DNA from: Candidatus Saccharimonadota bacterium
GTDB lineage: Bacteria; Patescibacteriota; Saccharimonadia; Saccharimonadales; CAIOMD01
DNA: 62,568 bases
Assembly: GCA_017992295.1 (NCBI GenBank)
Contig: JAGOOV010000002.1
Location: 1 to 62,568 of the forward strand
Direction of reading: 5' to 3'
Made by a program: the position numbers and the translations under genes. Every line of letters starts with the position of its first letter. The stretch's first letter is position 1. Shown here one piece after another: positions 1 through 9,705 of the stretch. The notes under the pieces are model-generated. The model ran no database searches and was not told where the DNA came from. It saw only the letters and a program-made list of their open reading frames with translations.

Positions 1-2550
1 TACTTTGTAGTAACCACCACTGGCATCGACTGGGGGAGTGGGTAGACTACCGCCTGCGCCACGGCTATAGTCTATCGCGGTAGTTGGTAACTTACCTTCC
101 AAAGCTCTCTCCCCCTCTCCGAAGGCATAGTCTCCCACCGAAAGACCGTATGGTGCGCGAGGAGGGTTGGTTGCGTTATGGTGAAAAGCGGCTGAGGCCA
201 TAGCTATAGTGCTTCGGGCGATAATAGCGTATTGGGAGGCCGAGGCGATACCCTGAGAGTTGGGAGGGATTGGATTGGTGTTAAAGATGACGTCTCCATT
301 AGTAGCGTGGACGTCGTGGCCGTAAAAACGAGTGTAAGGAACTTCGTAGACGGTAAAATTCTTGGTTTCAGTCGATGTGCCGATAGTAGTAAATCTCGAG
401 TAAGAAGTACCTGGATCTTGGGCGTCGAGTGTATTGCGCTGTGTTGAGTCTGCATATAATGTTACTACTGTGTCTCCTCCCGTTATAGTAGGAACGGCGT
501 TAGGGGCACTACAATTATAGGTGACGGTCTGAGTGCCCTCACGCAACAACCCGCCGCCGTATGACCAAGTCCTTGTTAAATTATTACCGGCTGACGGACA
601 GGCACTTCTGTCGGCAGCCACTCTGTGGGTTACCGAAAATGTGTTATTGCCTTTTTCGTAATCAGTAACATCAACGTGCGGAGTGAAACCACCATCGGGT
701 GGAGTTCGAAGGCCTACTTCCACACATGCTCTTCCTGAAGTAAATGAAGACTTGTCGTCGTTGCTGACTGATGGTTTAACGATAATACTCTGACAATAAA
801 CTCCAGGTGAGGAAGGCGTAAATCTATTCACTCTCTTGGGCTCGATGCGCTTTCCTGCACCAAGAGGTCCGTGCGTTCTTGTACTAGGCATCGTCGGGGT
901 AGCCCCTCCGCTGTTGGGGTTGCTTACCCAGTAGACCTCCCCACTTCCGCTCTCCCAAATTACTGTCGATTTAAAAGTGTCTTTAACATCCGTTCCGGGA
1001 GCGCCCGGTCTCATACCAGATTTATTAGAAGCGTTCCATATGTCGTGAGTAAACACTACTGGCGGATCACCAACCTGCACGTTGCGTCTGTCAACATCAG
1101 ACGAAGCTCTTAAAGTCCATTTGTGGAATCGGAAATTTATTGTATCAGTAGCACCGTTTTTTGGTTTCCAGTTTTCGTCAACAATAGCATATCCGTAGTC
1201 AGCATGTGAAACTGATATTGTGTAGTGCACCCAGCAACTCAGTTCAAACCTAGCAATACCGTTACGATTTGTTTCTTGTCTAAAAACACGGTTGTCTATT
1301 TCACTATTACAAAGATTGTGATAATTTTGCCCGTTGAACCATACCCTTACCGTAGCCCCCGGAATTTTGTCGCCCGTTACAGAGTCCGTTACAATAACCT
1401 CAAGTTTTCCAATGTGTATTTGGGAACCGGGATTTTTTAACTTGCAACAACTGCCCGATTTATTTAATGCAGGGTGTTCGCATATAGCATAAGCTACTTT
1501 GCCAGTGAATTCGGTATAGATAAATTTTACACCCTCTTGTACATGGTTAATGACCAATTTAAATAATGAGGCGTAAGTTCTCGTATATTGATATATAGCT
1601 TTTCGTTCTCCCATCGATACCTTAAATGAAGATGTATATGCGTCCCAGCTATTGTGAGCACCACCATTCCGTGCTGTTAACACTGCAACGCCAAAGTAAC
1701 CACCTGCAGATTTATAAACTGGAGTTACCTGCCCCGGGGTAGTTAATTTTGAAATATTTTGCCAGTCCTCTCGACCCTCGAAATATTCTTTGTCGTTACT
1801 CCCATTTAAACCGGTAAATTTATAACTATCAATAAACGGTCTATGCCATAATGTGCTATTTTCGAATGAGTCGACAATGTCTTCGGGTTTCTTGCCTGAA
1901 ATCATCTGCTGCCTGAGCTCGTTAGCCTTCGCTAAAGCCTGCTCCACTCCTTGTTGGTCGTTGCCGTAAACATCGTATCTTACAAATAACACCTCACCAC
2001 TGTAGCTTGCGACTACTTCTGTTACTAGTTTTTCTTTAATGAGTTCTAGTTTTAGGTTCTCTAGATATTGTTCTTTAGTCCAGCCGTATGTCTCTCGTAG
2101 CATGGTCAAAAAATCAGTTTCTCTGCCGTATTCCGCTACCCTTTTACGGTATTCTTCATTTAACTCTTTGTCCGAAACTGTAATATTCTTCTTTTTTGAT
2201 CCTTGAGATATGAACGCCTTTTCTTTTAAGTGGTTTTTAGCCTTTTCGTACACTTCCTTTTCGGATAAATTCTTGTTGGAAGCCCGCCAAGCTTTTTTAT
2301 TTAAATTAGCATCTTTGGCAATATCAGACTTATAAATTTTTACACCGTTTACTGTTAAAACGGGTCTTTCTTTGATGAACAGAAAGTAGAACCCGACACA
2401 TACAGCAATTACAATTATTAAAATTAAAACTGTTATTAGTTTATTGTTTTTAATTTTAAGCATGACGTTTTTAACGTTAGCACACTTAACCGCTCCACTT
2501 ATTACTTCACCGCTTTTGTTACTTGGATCTTTTTTAGTGATATTTATCAT
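1..2550 (-). CDS. Large membrane-anchored surface protein, C-terminus cut by the window edge (TM helix; SurA/PpiD-like chaperone N-domain; carboxypeptidase-regulatory-like beta-sandwich; long Gly/Thr/Asn-rich remainder)
   Basis: Hand translation of the minus strand from ATG at 2550 (AGAGGA RBS 6-7 nt upstream) gave 850 codons with no stop, ending exactly at base 1. It is missing from the ORF track because it has no in-window stop. The N-terminus reads MINITKKDPS...LITVLILIIVIAVCVGFYFLFI (TM helix). It continues VNGVKIYKSDIAKD...EQYLENLKLELIKEKL (SurA-N-like), then GKLEVIVTDSVTGDKIPGATVRVWFNG. Confidence 0.75.
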   Translation of the reverse strand, partial: MINITKKDPSNKSGEVISGAVKCANVKNVMLKIKNNKLITVLILIIVIAVCVGFYFLFIKERPVLTVNGVKIYKSDIAKDANLNKKAWRASNKNLSEKEVYEKAKNHLKEKAFISQGSKKKNITVSDKELNEEYRKRVAEYGRETDFLTMLRETYGWTKEQYLENLKLELIKEKLVTEVVASYSGEVLFVRYDVYGNDQQGVEQALAKANELRQQMISGKKPEDIVDSFENSTLWHRPFIDSYKFTGLNGSNDKEYFEGREDWQNISKLTTPGQVTPVYKSAGGYFGVAVLTARNGGAHNSWDAYTSSFKVSMGERKAIYQYTRTYASLFKLVINHVQEGVKFIYTEFTGKVAYAICEHPALNKSGSCCKLKNPGSQIHIGKLEVIVTDSVTGDKIPGATVRVWFNGQNYHNLCNSEIDNRVFRQETNRNGIARFELSCWVHYTISVSHADYGYAIVDENWKPKNGATDTINFRFHKWTLRASSDVDRRNVQVGDPPVVFTHDIWNASNKSGMRPGAPGTDVKDTFKSTVIWESGSGEVYWVSNPNSGGATPTMPSTRTHGPLGAGKRIEPKRVNRFTPSSPGVYCQSIIVKPSVSNDDKSSFTSGRACVEVGLRTPPDGGFTPHVDVTDYEKGNNTFSVTHRVAADRSACPSAGNNLTRTWSYGGGLLREGTQTVTYNCSAPNAVPTITGGDTVVTLYADSTQRNTLDAQDPGTSYSRFTTIGTSTETKNFTVYEVPYTRFYGHDVHATNGDVIFNTNPIPPNSQGIASASQYAIIARSTIAMASAAFHHNATNPPRAPYGLSVGDYAFGEGERALEGKLPTTAIDYSRGAGGSLPTPPVDASGGYYKV

Positions 2551-2855
2551 AAAATCCTCTTTGTTTAACTTTAATCAGATTGTACGAAAAATTACAACCA
2601 TAAGCAATAAACACGATAAATAGTTTTTTAACAGGGGCGTTAACCTTAAATTATTTACTATACTGCGCTTTCAAAGTAAAGCACTAGCAATGTATCTTAC
2701 TGTTTTACAGATTAGTGTTTTTTTACGATAATCGTTTTCTTGCATTACCGCAAACCCAACCAACCATTTATCTTTTACTCTAAAATCGGTTTGATATCTT
2801 ATTTTAATGTTCGTCATTGTTATTTATACGTTACTACCTCTGTTATAATAGCGTA

Positions 2856-3950
2856 ATGAGCTTGTCTATTGGAATAGTCGGTTTGCCGAACATTGGCAAA
2901 TCTACCCTGTTTAACGCCCTGACCAATAATAATATTTTAGCCGCTAACTATCCGTTCGCCACCATAGAACCAAACACCGGCGTTGTGCCAATACCCGACG
3001 AAAGGCTAGAAAAATTAGCTTTATTATATGACAACCCAAAAATTATTCCGGCCACCGTTAAGTTTACCGATATTGCCGGATTGGTAGCCGGTGCCAGCCG
3101 GGGCGAGGGTTTAGGTAACCAATTTTTAAGTCATATTCGTGAATGTGGTGCTATCGCCCAAGTAATTAGGGCTTTTCAAGACGACAACATTCAGCACGTT
3201 CAAGGCAAAATCGATCCGGCTCACGATATAGAAATTGTCAACACCGAACTTGTTCTGGCCGACGTCAGTACCGTACAAAAAAAGTTACCAAAATTAGAAA
3301 AAGAAGCCAAAGCCAACCCTAAACTTGAGCCACAGCTCGACTTTTTACAAAAAATTTTTAATCAACTGAATGATGGCAAACCACTTTTTGACACGGTTAA
3401 CAAAAAGTTAAATGCCAACGAAATTGACGGTTGGCTGAAAGAATTGCAGCTATTAACCGCCAAGCCGATTATTTATGTGTTCAATGTCGATGAAGCTTCT
3501 TTAAGCAACAAACAAACTCAACAAAAATTGTTCGAACTGGTTAAGCCAAGCCCAGCCATTTTAGTGTGTGCCAAACTAGAAGACGAACTTAAAAATTTGC
3601 GCAAACACGAGGTTGCAGAACTGTTGCAAAGTTATGGAGTTGAGCATTCTGGTTTGGAACAATTAGTTAAAATCGCTTACCAGGCTCTAAACTTGCAAAG
3701 TTTTTTAACTGCCGGTGATAAAGAAGTAAGGGCTTGGACTATTAAAAAAGGCAGTACCGCCCCGCAAGCCGCCGGCGTCATACACGGCGATTTTGAACGC
3801 GGTTTTATAGCCGCTGAAGTTGTTGATTACTACGACTTAATAGAAGCCGGCTCCAAGGTCGTAGCTCGAGCCAGGGGTAAAATTCGTACCGAGGGCAAAA
3901 CTTACATTATGCAACCAAACGACATTGTCGAGTTCAAATTTAACGTTTAA
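2856..3950 (+). CDS. ychF: Ribosome-binding ATPase YchF
   Basis: P-loop GLPNIGKSTLFNALT lies right after the start, and the TGS-type C-terminus (RTEGKTYIMQPNDIVEFKFNV) is present. I prefer ATG 2856 (MSLSIGIVG) to the track's TTG at 2817. Confidence 0.93.
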   Translation: MSLSIGIVGLPNIGKSTLFNALTNNNILAANYPFATIEPNTGVVPIPDERLEKLALLYDNPKIIPATVKFTDIAGLVAGASRGEGLGNQFLSHIRECGAIAQVIRAFQDDNIQHVQGKIDPAHDIEIVNTELVLADVSTVQKKLPKLEKEAKANPKLEPQLDFLQKIFNQLNDGKPLFDTVNKKLNANEIDGWLKELQLLTAKPIIYVFNVDEASLSNKQTQQKLFELVKPSPAILVCAKLEDELKNLRKHEVAELLQSYGVEHSGLEQLVKIAYQALNLQSFLTAGDKEVRAWTIKKGSTAPQAAGVIHGDFERGFIAAEVVDYYDLIEAGSKVVARARGKIRTEGKTYIMQPNDIVEFKFNV

Positions 3951-4019
3951 TTTTTCAATTGAGCCAAGACAACGGCCGGTGAAAGTATGAACACCTGGTG
4001 TTTTAAGTCTTATGTATTT

Positions 4020-4733
4020 TTAAAGTTTTCTTAATAAAAAGAACCGTTCTCGATTGCCTTTAGAGCCGGCTATTTGTGAATCGGCCTTTTTAAGTACGAC
4101 AAAATATTTTTTAACCCAGGCTTCAAAATCTTTTAATATCCTACGGCGTATAGCGTCATTTTTTATGACACCCCGATGTTTTAAGCTACCACCCACTTCG
4201 AACTGTGGCTTTAACATGGCAATAACTAAAGAATTGAGAGTTATTATTTTTCTAATATGCGGCAAAACACGGCGAAGCGATATAAAAGAAACGTCTATTA
4301 AAACAATATCCGGTTTTTGACTGGGTAAAAAATCACGTATATCCGTTTTTTCATGCAACTCAACACGTTCTTCAGCACGTAGGCTCGGGTGCATTTGATT
4401 AGTGCCTACATCAACCGCAATTACTTTTTTAGCGCCGTTTTGCAAAGCAAAGTCGGTAAAACCGCCGGTACTACTTCCAACATCTAAAACAATTTTGTCT
4501 TCAAAATTAAGGTTTAAGGTTTCGGCTACGCTTTCTAGTTTTAAGGCTGCCCTACTAACAAATCGTTGTTCCTGTTTTATTTTTAAAGCCGAACTTTTTT
4601 TAACAAAGTAGCCCGGTTTTATAATGATTTTTCCATCCACTTCTACCTTGCCTAACCTAATTAGAATTTCTGCCTGACTACGATTTGGCGCTAAATTCCT
4701 TTGCACTAGTTCTGTGTCAAGTCTATTTTTCAT
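4020..4733 (-). CDS. tlyA: TlyA-family rRNA 2'-O-methyltransferase (S4 domain + FtsJ fold)
   Basis: S4-like RLDTELVQRNLAPNRSQAEILIRLGKVEVDGK and SAM motif LDVGSSTGGFTD. I prefer ATG 4733 (MKNRLD) to the track's TTG at 4760. Confidence 0.85.
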   Translation of the reverse strand: MKNRLDTELVQRNLAPNRSQAEILIRLGKVEVDGKIIIKPGYFVKKSSALKIKQEQRFVSRAALKLESVAETLNLNFEDKIVLDVGSSTGGFTDFALQNGAKKVIAVDVGTNQMHPSLRAEERVELHEKTDIRDFLPSQKPDIVLIDVSFISLRRVLPHIRKIITLNSLVIAMLKPQFEVGGSLKHRGVIKNDAIRRRILKDFEAWVKKYFVVLKKADSQIAGSKGNRERFFLLRKL

Positions 4734-5268
4734 TGCCGTTACCAAAATTATATTTTGCAACCACGGTTTTTGTATTTTTGTACTTTCGCATAACAGCTAT
4801 GTGACCAACAGTTATCGGCTTTGATTTATCTACAACCGGATGAATTTTTTTTATAGTTACATGAGGAGTAAAGCCATAACCTAAAAATTCATTGCTGTAA
4901 TAATCGTATATATTTAAGCCAACGCTTTTTAGTTCCTTAATTAACAGATTATGGACTTTATGCAATAAAACGTTAGTTTTTACTAAAATTACCGGAATAT
5001 TTTTGTTTGGACCAAAGTTATCATTGCCCGCCAAGGTTATATCGAAAGGGGTGAACATATTTGCTACCCGGCTAGCCACCTGCATCACAGAGCCGGTTTG
5101 TCTTGGTTCCGTGGGAAAGGGGGGTAAAAGGGTAATGTGCTGTGGAGTATGTTTAGATTCAAAACCTACTTTTTCGGAGCAAGTCAAAATTACATAGAAG
5201 AATCTTTCTACAAAATCACGATTGTTATTTTTTGCGCTCACGGTAGCTACCGTCTTCGGTACTAACAC
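4723..5268 (-). CDS. 2H phosphoesterase superfamily protein (LigT / 2'-5' RNA ligase-like)
   Basis: Two H-x-T motifs (HITLLPPF and HVTIKK) sit about 100 aa apart. The start is uncertain: GTG 5268 or GTG 5241, both overlapping the efp 3' end. Confidence 0.6.
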   Translation of the reverse strand: MLVPKTVATVSAKNNNRDFVERFFYVILTCSEKVGFESKHTPQHITLLPPFPTEPRQTGSVMQVASRVANMFTPFDITLAGNDNFGPNKNIPVILVKTNVLLHKVHNLLIKELKSVGLNIYDYYSNEFLGYGFTPHVTIKKIHPVVDKSKPITVGHIAVMRKYKNTKTVVAKYNFGNGNEK

Positions 5269-5788
5269 TTATTTCATCGCCCTGTTTAATAAAAGCCGGT
5301 ACCTTAACGATAATTCCGGTTTCTAGCTTGGCATCTTTGACTACGCTGGTAGAAGTATCTCCCTTAACTACGTCTTCGGTATATACAACCTTTAAAAATA
5401 CATTCTTTGGCAATTCCACGCTAATTGGCTTTTGGCCGAACATTTGCAGTTTAACGGCGTCTCCTTCTTTGAGATAACCGGCAGCCTCTTGGGCGGTGTC
5501 ACCTTCTATTTCTAGCTGTTCATAAGTATCGGAATCCATAAAAAACAGTTTATATTTATTTTTGTAAAGGTATTGTACGCTCTTAAAAGAAACATCAGCC
5601 GGCTCAATTACCTCACTGCCTTTAAAAGTTTTGTTCAACACCTTACCGTCCACTAGACTTTTAATGCGTACGTTAACAATAGAACCGCCACGTCCCATCA
5701 CTTTTTGAGAATAGTCCACAACTTTATAGGGGTGTCCTTCCAGTTGAAAAACAGTTCCTTTCTTAAGATCCGTGATGCCAAATGCCAT
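5225..5788 (-). CDS. efp: Elongation factor P
   Basis: 187 aa; reads DLKKGTVFQLEGHPYKVVDYSQKVMGRGGSIVNVRIKSL, the typical EF-P domain I sequence. Confidence 0.95.
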   Translation of the reverse strand: MAFGITDLKKGTVFQLEGHPYKVVDYSQKVMGRGGSIVNVRIKSLVDGKVLNKTFKGSEVIEPADVSFKSVQYLYKNKYKLFFMDSDTYEQLEIEGDTAQEAAGYLKEGDAVKLQMFGQKPISVELPKNVFLKVVYTEDVVKGDTSTSVVKDAKLETGIIVKVPAFIKQGDEISVSTEDGSYRERKK

Positions 5789-5873
5789 TTTTACTCCGTT
5801 TTTACGTTATTAAACTATATTTTGTAATTTTATTAACGCCCGCAATTTTATGCGCCTGCCTGTCGAGTATTAA

Positions 5874-6077
5874 TTAATTGTTTGGGACAAATGGCAGTAG
5901 TGCAATATGGCGAGCTTTTTTGACTGCCTTAGCCATGCGTCGTTGTTGCATTTCGGTCAAGCCGGTACGTTTGCGAGTCTCAATTTGACCAAACTGATTA
6001 ACATAACGTTGTAGACTTTTAACGTCTTTGTAATCGAAATAAACACTACCGGTTGCCGGTTTTCTTTTTCTGGCCAT
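5874..6077 (-). CDS. rpsR: 30S ribosomal protein S18
   Basis: 67 aa; reads DYKDVKSLQRYVNQFGQIETRKRTGLTEMQQRRMAKAVKKARHIALLPF. Confidence 0.95.
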   Translation of the reverse strand: MARKRKPATGSVYFDYKDVKSLQRYVNQFGQIETRKRTGLTEMQQRRMAKAVKKARHIALLPFVPNN

Positions 6078-6163
6078 ATTCGTTTCCTTTCATCTTAATT
6101 AGCTGTCTGCTTAACATATAATTAAATTGTTGTTAACCTACCAAAAACAACGTCCGATAGTTA

Positions 6164-6616
6164 TTAAAACGGAATCTCACTTAAATCTATCGGCTCATCG
6201 CTGATATCTTCTATGACGACCTCTTTTTTAGAAGATTTCTTGGTTTCTGGCTGGTCACTGTCACTGTCGACCGAATCGCTGCTCCCTCTACTGCCCAAAA
6301 AGGTTACATCTTGAGCAACCACTTCTACTTTACTGCGTTTTTGCCCATCTTGCTCCCACGAGCGACTTTGCAACCGGCCGCTCACCAGCACCGGGCGACC
6401 TTTTGTGACATATTGGGCTACTCGCTCACCCAAAGCCCCCCAAGCTGTGACATCTACATAATCCGTTGTCTCTTGCCACTCTCCATCGGCATTTTTATAG
6501 CTGCGGTTTAAAGCCAAACTAAAACTGCAAACACTTTGACCACTGGGAATAGTTCTAAGCTCCGGATCGCGAGTCAAATTACCCATCAACGTTACCTGAT
6601 TAAAACTTCTCGCCAT
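6164..6616 (-). CDS. ssb: Single-stranded DNA-binding protein
   Basis: OB-fold N-terminus (FNQVTLMGNLTRDPELR) and an acidic tail ending DLSEIPF. It sits between rpsF and rpsR. Confidence 0.95.
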   Translation of the reverse strand: MARSFNQVTLMGNLTRDPELRTIPSGQSVCSFSLALNRSYKNADGEWQETTDYVDVTAWGALGERVAQYVTKGRPVLVSGRLQSRSWEQDGQKRSKVEVVAQDVTFLGSRGSSDSVDSDSDQPETKKSSKKEVVIEDISDEPIDLSEIPF

Positions 6617-6619
6617 TTT

Positions 6620-7108
6620 TTACTCCTTAACTTTCTTTACTTTATTGGATTCTCTAGTACCGGTCTTTTTAGTTGCTTCGGTTTTTGTAGTTTCTTTTGT
6701 TTTTTTAGCAGGTGCTTGAGCTTCTTCTTTGGGTGACTCTGTCGGTTTTTCTACTTTTTCGGCCTTACTTTTTTGTTTTTTTGCTTCTTTGCTGCTTTTA
6801 ACAGCCTCGGCTCTAGCAATAGCTTTCAAATCGGGCTTGGTTATTAGAAATCTAATAACTTCGTCGGTAATATTTAGACTGGCTTCCACTTTCCCGACGG
6901 CTTGCGGGGGTAATTCAACCGTGTAAAAAACATAGACGGCCGAAGCCAAGCCTTTAATCTTATAAGCCAGCTTACGCTTACCCCAATTATCTTCGCCGAT
7001 AAGCTTGCCCTTATTGTCGGTTATCAGTTTTATTACTTTTTGGGAGGCTTTTTCTAGATCTATTTCAAGATCCGGATGATAAAGCACCGCTAATTCGTAT
7101 GTATTCAA
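6620..7108 (-). CDS. rpsF: 30S ribosomal protein S6 with Lys/Glu-rich C-terminal extension
   Basis: Begins MNTYELAVLYHPDLE. TTG start with an AAGGAAGGA RBS 8 nt upstream. There are about 60 extra Lys-rich residues. Confidence 0.9.
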   Translation of the reverse strand: MNTYELAVLYHPDLEIDLEKASQKVIKLITDNKGKLIGEDNWGKRKLAYKIKGLASAVYVFYTVELPPQAVGKVEASLNITDEVIRFLITKPDLKAIARAEAVKSSKEAKKQKSKAEKVEKPTESPKEEAQAPAKKTKETTKTEATKKTGTRESNKVKKVKE

Positions 7109-7134
7109 ATTATCGTCCTTCCTTTGGTTAGTGA

Positions 7135-7163
7135 CTGCTCCTCTACTCTCTTCTAGATAGCAG
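7135..7163 (-). promoter_or_regulatory. Hairpin with internal loop in the rpsF 5' leader (possible S6:S18 autoregulatory element)
   Basis: The minus-strand RNA reads CUGCUAUCUA-GAAGAGAG-UAGAGGAGCAG (helices CUGCU/AGCAG and UCUA/UAGA). It lies about 25 nt upstream of the rpsF RBS. Confidence 0.3.
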
Positions 7164-7387
7164 CCTGAAGTTAATATTGCAATTATTATAACTTACCCAC
7201 CTCTGTTGGTCAACAATTTAGCGATGGAGCATTTTTATAAAATATAAACTTTTGAAAGCTTGAGCTTATTACCAAGAGTATCTTAAAAGTGTCGTGTATT
7301 TAGGGATCGCCTGGTCATCGTTAAACTGAATTTAAATTGTTACAAATAATTGTCCTGAACGCCGCCAATGCTTTTATTTGATTTCGT

Positions 7388-9604
7388 TTATCTTGTTAGG
7401 TATTCGTCTCGGGGGTCATCGCTTACCGGTTCGTCAACATCTACATCACCGCCACCCAGCACTTCGTCAATAGTCGACGCCAGCACTTCTCGCGGTCGCG
7501 AGCCATCGGCATGACTAACTATTCCTCGTTTCTCCATCTCGTCAATCATTCTTGAGGCCCTGCCGTAGCCTATTCTCAAACGCCGTTGTAATAGGCTGGT
7601 GCTGGCTTTGCCGTTTTCTATAATTACTCCAATAGCATCCTTCCACAAATCGTCGCTGGCAGCACTATCACTGTACTCCATAACGATACTGCCCCGGCCA
7701 TGTAGCTGAACAGGCATACTTATAACTTCGTCGTTATATTGCGGTTCTCGCTGAGAGCGCAAAAAATCGTTTACCCGATTTATCTCTTTCAACTCAATTA
7801 AAGCGCCTTGCAAGCGTACCGGCTTGCCATCTATCGGTTTGTACAGCATGTCGCCGTAGCCTAACAGTTTTTCGGCGCCGGGCCCGTCTATAATAGTCCG
7901 GGAGTCGATTTGGCTGACTACCGTAAAGGCTATTCGGGAAGGCACGTTAGCCTTAATCAGACCCGTAATAACATCCACACTTGGCCGTTGTGTTGCCAAT
8001 ATCAAGTGTATGCCTGCCGCACGTGATTTGGCCGCCACTCTGGCCACAAGAGCCTCTATGTCACGACCAGCAGCCATCATTAAGTCGTACAACTCATCTA
8101 TTACTATTAGAATAAAAGGCATCCTTTCTTCTTTTCGATCTTCGTTATACTCGAAAATATTTCTTTTACCGGCTTCAGAAAATGTTTTTAAGCGTCTTTC
8201 CATTTCGGCTACCGACCACTTGAGGGCACTTACACACTTTTCGGGCTCGGTAATCACCGGAGTTAATAAGTGAGGAATATGATTGAAAGGTGTCAACTCT
8301 ACTTGCTTGGGGTCAACCAAGATTAGCTTTAGATCTGAGGGGCTATTTCGATACACCAAACTAGTTAGCAAGGCGTTAATCATGACGGACTTGCCGGAGC
8401 CAGTTTGGCCGGCAATTAACAAGTGCGGCATTTTGCCTATATTGGCGATTGTCGGCTTACCCGAAATGTCTTTACCGACTGCAAAAATTAAGGGATCTTT
8501 TTTATCTTTCCACTCTTTTGACGACAATATACTAGATAATCGAACCGTGGCTGACTTTAGATTAGGCACCTCTATGCCTACCGCCTTTTTACCCGGTATA
8601 GGAGCTTCTATACGTATTGTTTTAGCGGCTAATTCGTAGGCGATATTAGTTTCGTAAGCGACAATTTTGCTTAACTTTTGGCCGGGTGCCGGAAGTAAAA
8701 TATATTGAGTTACCCTTGGACCGACGTTAGCTCCCTCCATATCGACGGATATATTAAAATTAGCCAAGGTTGATTTTATAATCTCGGCATTAGCTTTAGT
8801 GTCTCCGGGGTCTGCTTTGTCTTGTTTTTGATTAAGCAAATCGAGGCTTGGGAATTTCCAGTCGGGATCACTTTCGGCGGTTAAGGCAGCATGGTCTTCG
8901 CTGGGGGAAAGTTTAGCCACCGCCGCCTTGAGTCCGCTCGTTTTATCTCTTTTAGTCTCTTCGTTAGGACTGTGATGAACTATTGGAACTCCTGCATGGA
9001 TTTGGAACTTATCGCCCTCGGCTTTCTCTTTAAGTTCTTTTAAGTCGGAATCCCTTTCTTTCTTCCTAAACAGGGCTAACAACCAAGCAAGCATCTTTTT
9101 TGGAGCAATGCCAAACATCACCAAAAAAGCTACCCAGGCAACAACAAGGAATAGCACAAACGCCGTGGTGCTATTTAAGAACGTCAGCAAGCCTTTACTC
9201 AGTAAGTAGCCAACCTCTCCACCGTAGGTTCCAACACTGGCAGCTTTAGAGGCAGATTGTTGATCGACAAAGACATGCATCATCCCCGCCAAACACGATA
9301 AAAAGATTGCGCTAGCCGCTAGTTTTATAAATGGAATAATATATTCTTCATTCTTGAACTTATGTACGCCCAAATACACTAGGACAAACGACAGTAAATA
9401 AGCAATTAAGCCAAACGCCCAACTGGCGATACTGAATAGTTTTACGGGTAAAGCGCCGCCCCAGCCAAAACCCCCCAATAACAAGAAGAAGGCCAATACA
9501 AACAAAATAAAAACAAAAACCTGGCGCCAGAAATAATTAGTTTTTGACTCTTCTTTAACCGTTTCCTTACGCTTGCGCTGGGGTCTTCTTTTTTTCTTTG
9601 CCAT
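7388..9604 (-). CDS. ftsK: DNA translocase FtsK
   Basis: N-terminal TM helices, Walker A GQTGSGKS, Walker B FILIVIDEL, and a gamma winged-helix (LLQRRLRIGYGRASRMIDEME). Confidence 0.95.
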   Translation of the reverse strand: MAKKKRRPQRKRKETVKEESKTNYFWRQVFVFILFVLAFFLLLGGFGWGGALPVKLFSIASWAFGLIAYLLSFVLVYLGVHKFKNEEYIIPFIKLAASAIFLSCLAGMMHVFVDQQSASKAASVGTYGGEVGYLLSKGLLTFLNSTTAFVLFLVVAWVAFLVMFGIAPKKMLAWLLALFRKKERDSDLKELKEKAEGDKFQIHAGVPIVHHSPNEETKRDKTSGLKAAVAKLSPSEDHAALTAESDPDWKFPSLDLLNQKQDKADPGDTKANAEIIKSTLANFNISVDMEGANVGPRVTQYILLPAPGQKLSKIVAYETNIAYELAAKTIRIEAPIPGKKAVGIEVPNLKSATVRLSSILSSKEWKDKKDPLIFAVGKDISGKPTIANIGKMPHLLIAGQTGSGKSVMINALLTSLVYRNSPSDLKLILVDPKQVELTPFNHIPHLLTPVITEPEKCVSALKWSVAEMERRLKTFSEAGKRNIFEYNEDRKEERMPFILIVIDELYDLMMAAGRDIEALVARVAAKSRAAGIHLILATQRPSVDVITGLIKANVPSRIAFTVVSQIDSRTIIDGPGAEKLLGYGDMLYKPIDGKPVRLQGALIELKEINRVNDFLRSQREPQYNDEVISMPVQLHGRGSIVMEYSDSAASDDLWKDAIGVIIENGKASTSLLQRRLRIGYGRASRMIDEMEKRGIVSHADGSRPREVLASTIDEVLGGGDVDVDEPVSDDPRDEYLTR

Positions 9605-9705
9605 GCTTGTTTTATTGTACTCTACTAACGCTTATCCTTATAAAATCAATTAGGTTTGAGTAGAATATGTAGTATATTATACCACGTTTTTTCACTTTAG
9701 TCTAC

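Noticed and set aside
204-1440. The short track ORFs 204..455(-), 232..447(+), 871..1113(+) and 1225..1440(+).
   Set aside because: All are embedded in the 850-codon edge-truncated minus-strand ORF (1..2550) in other frames. Their composition is junk-like.
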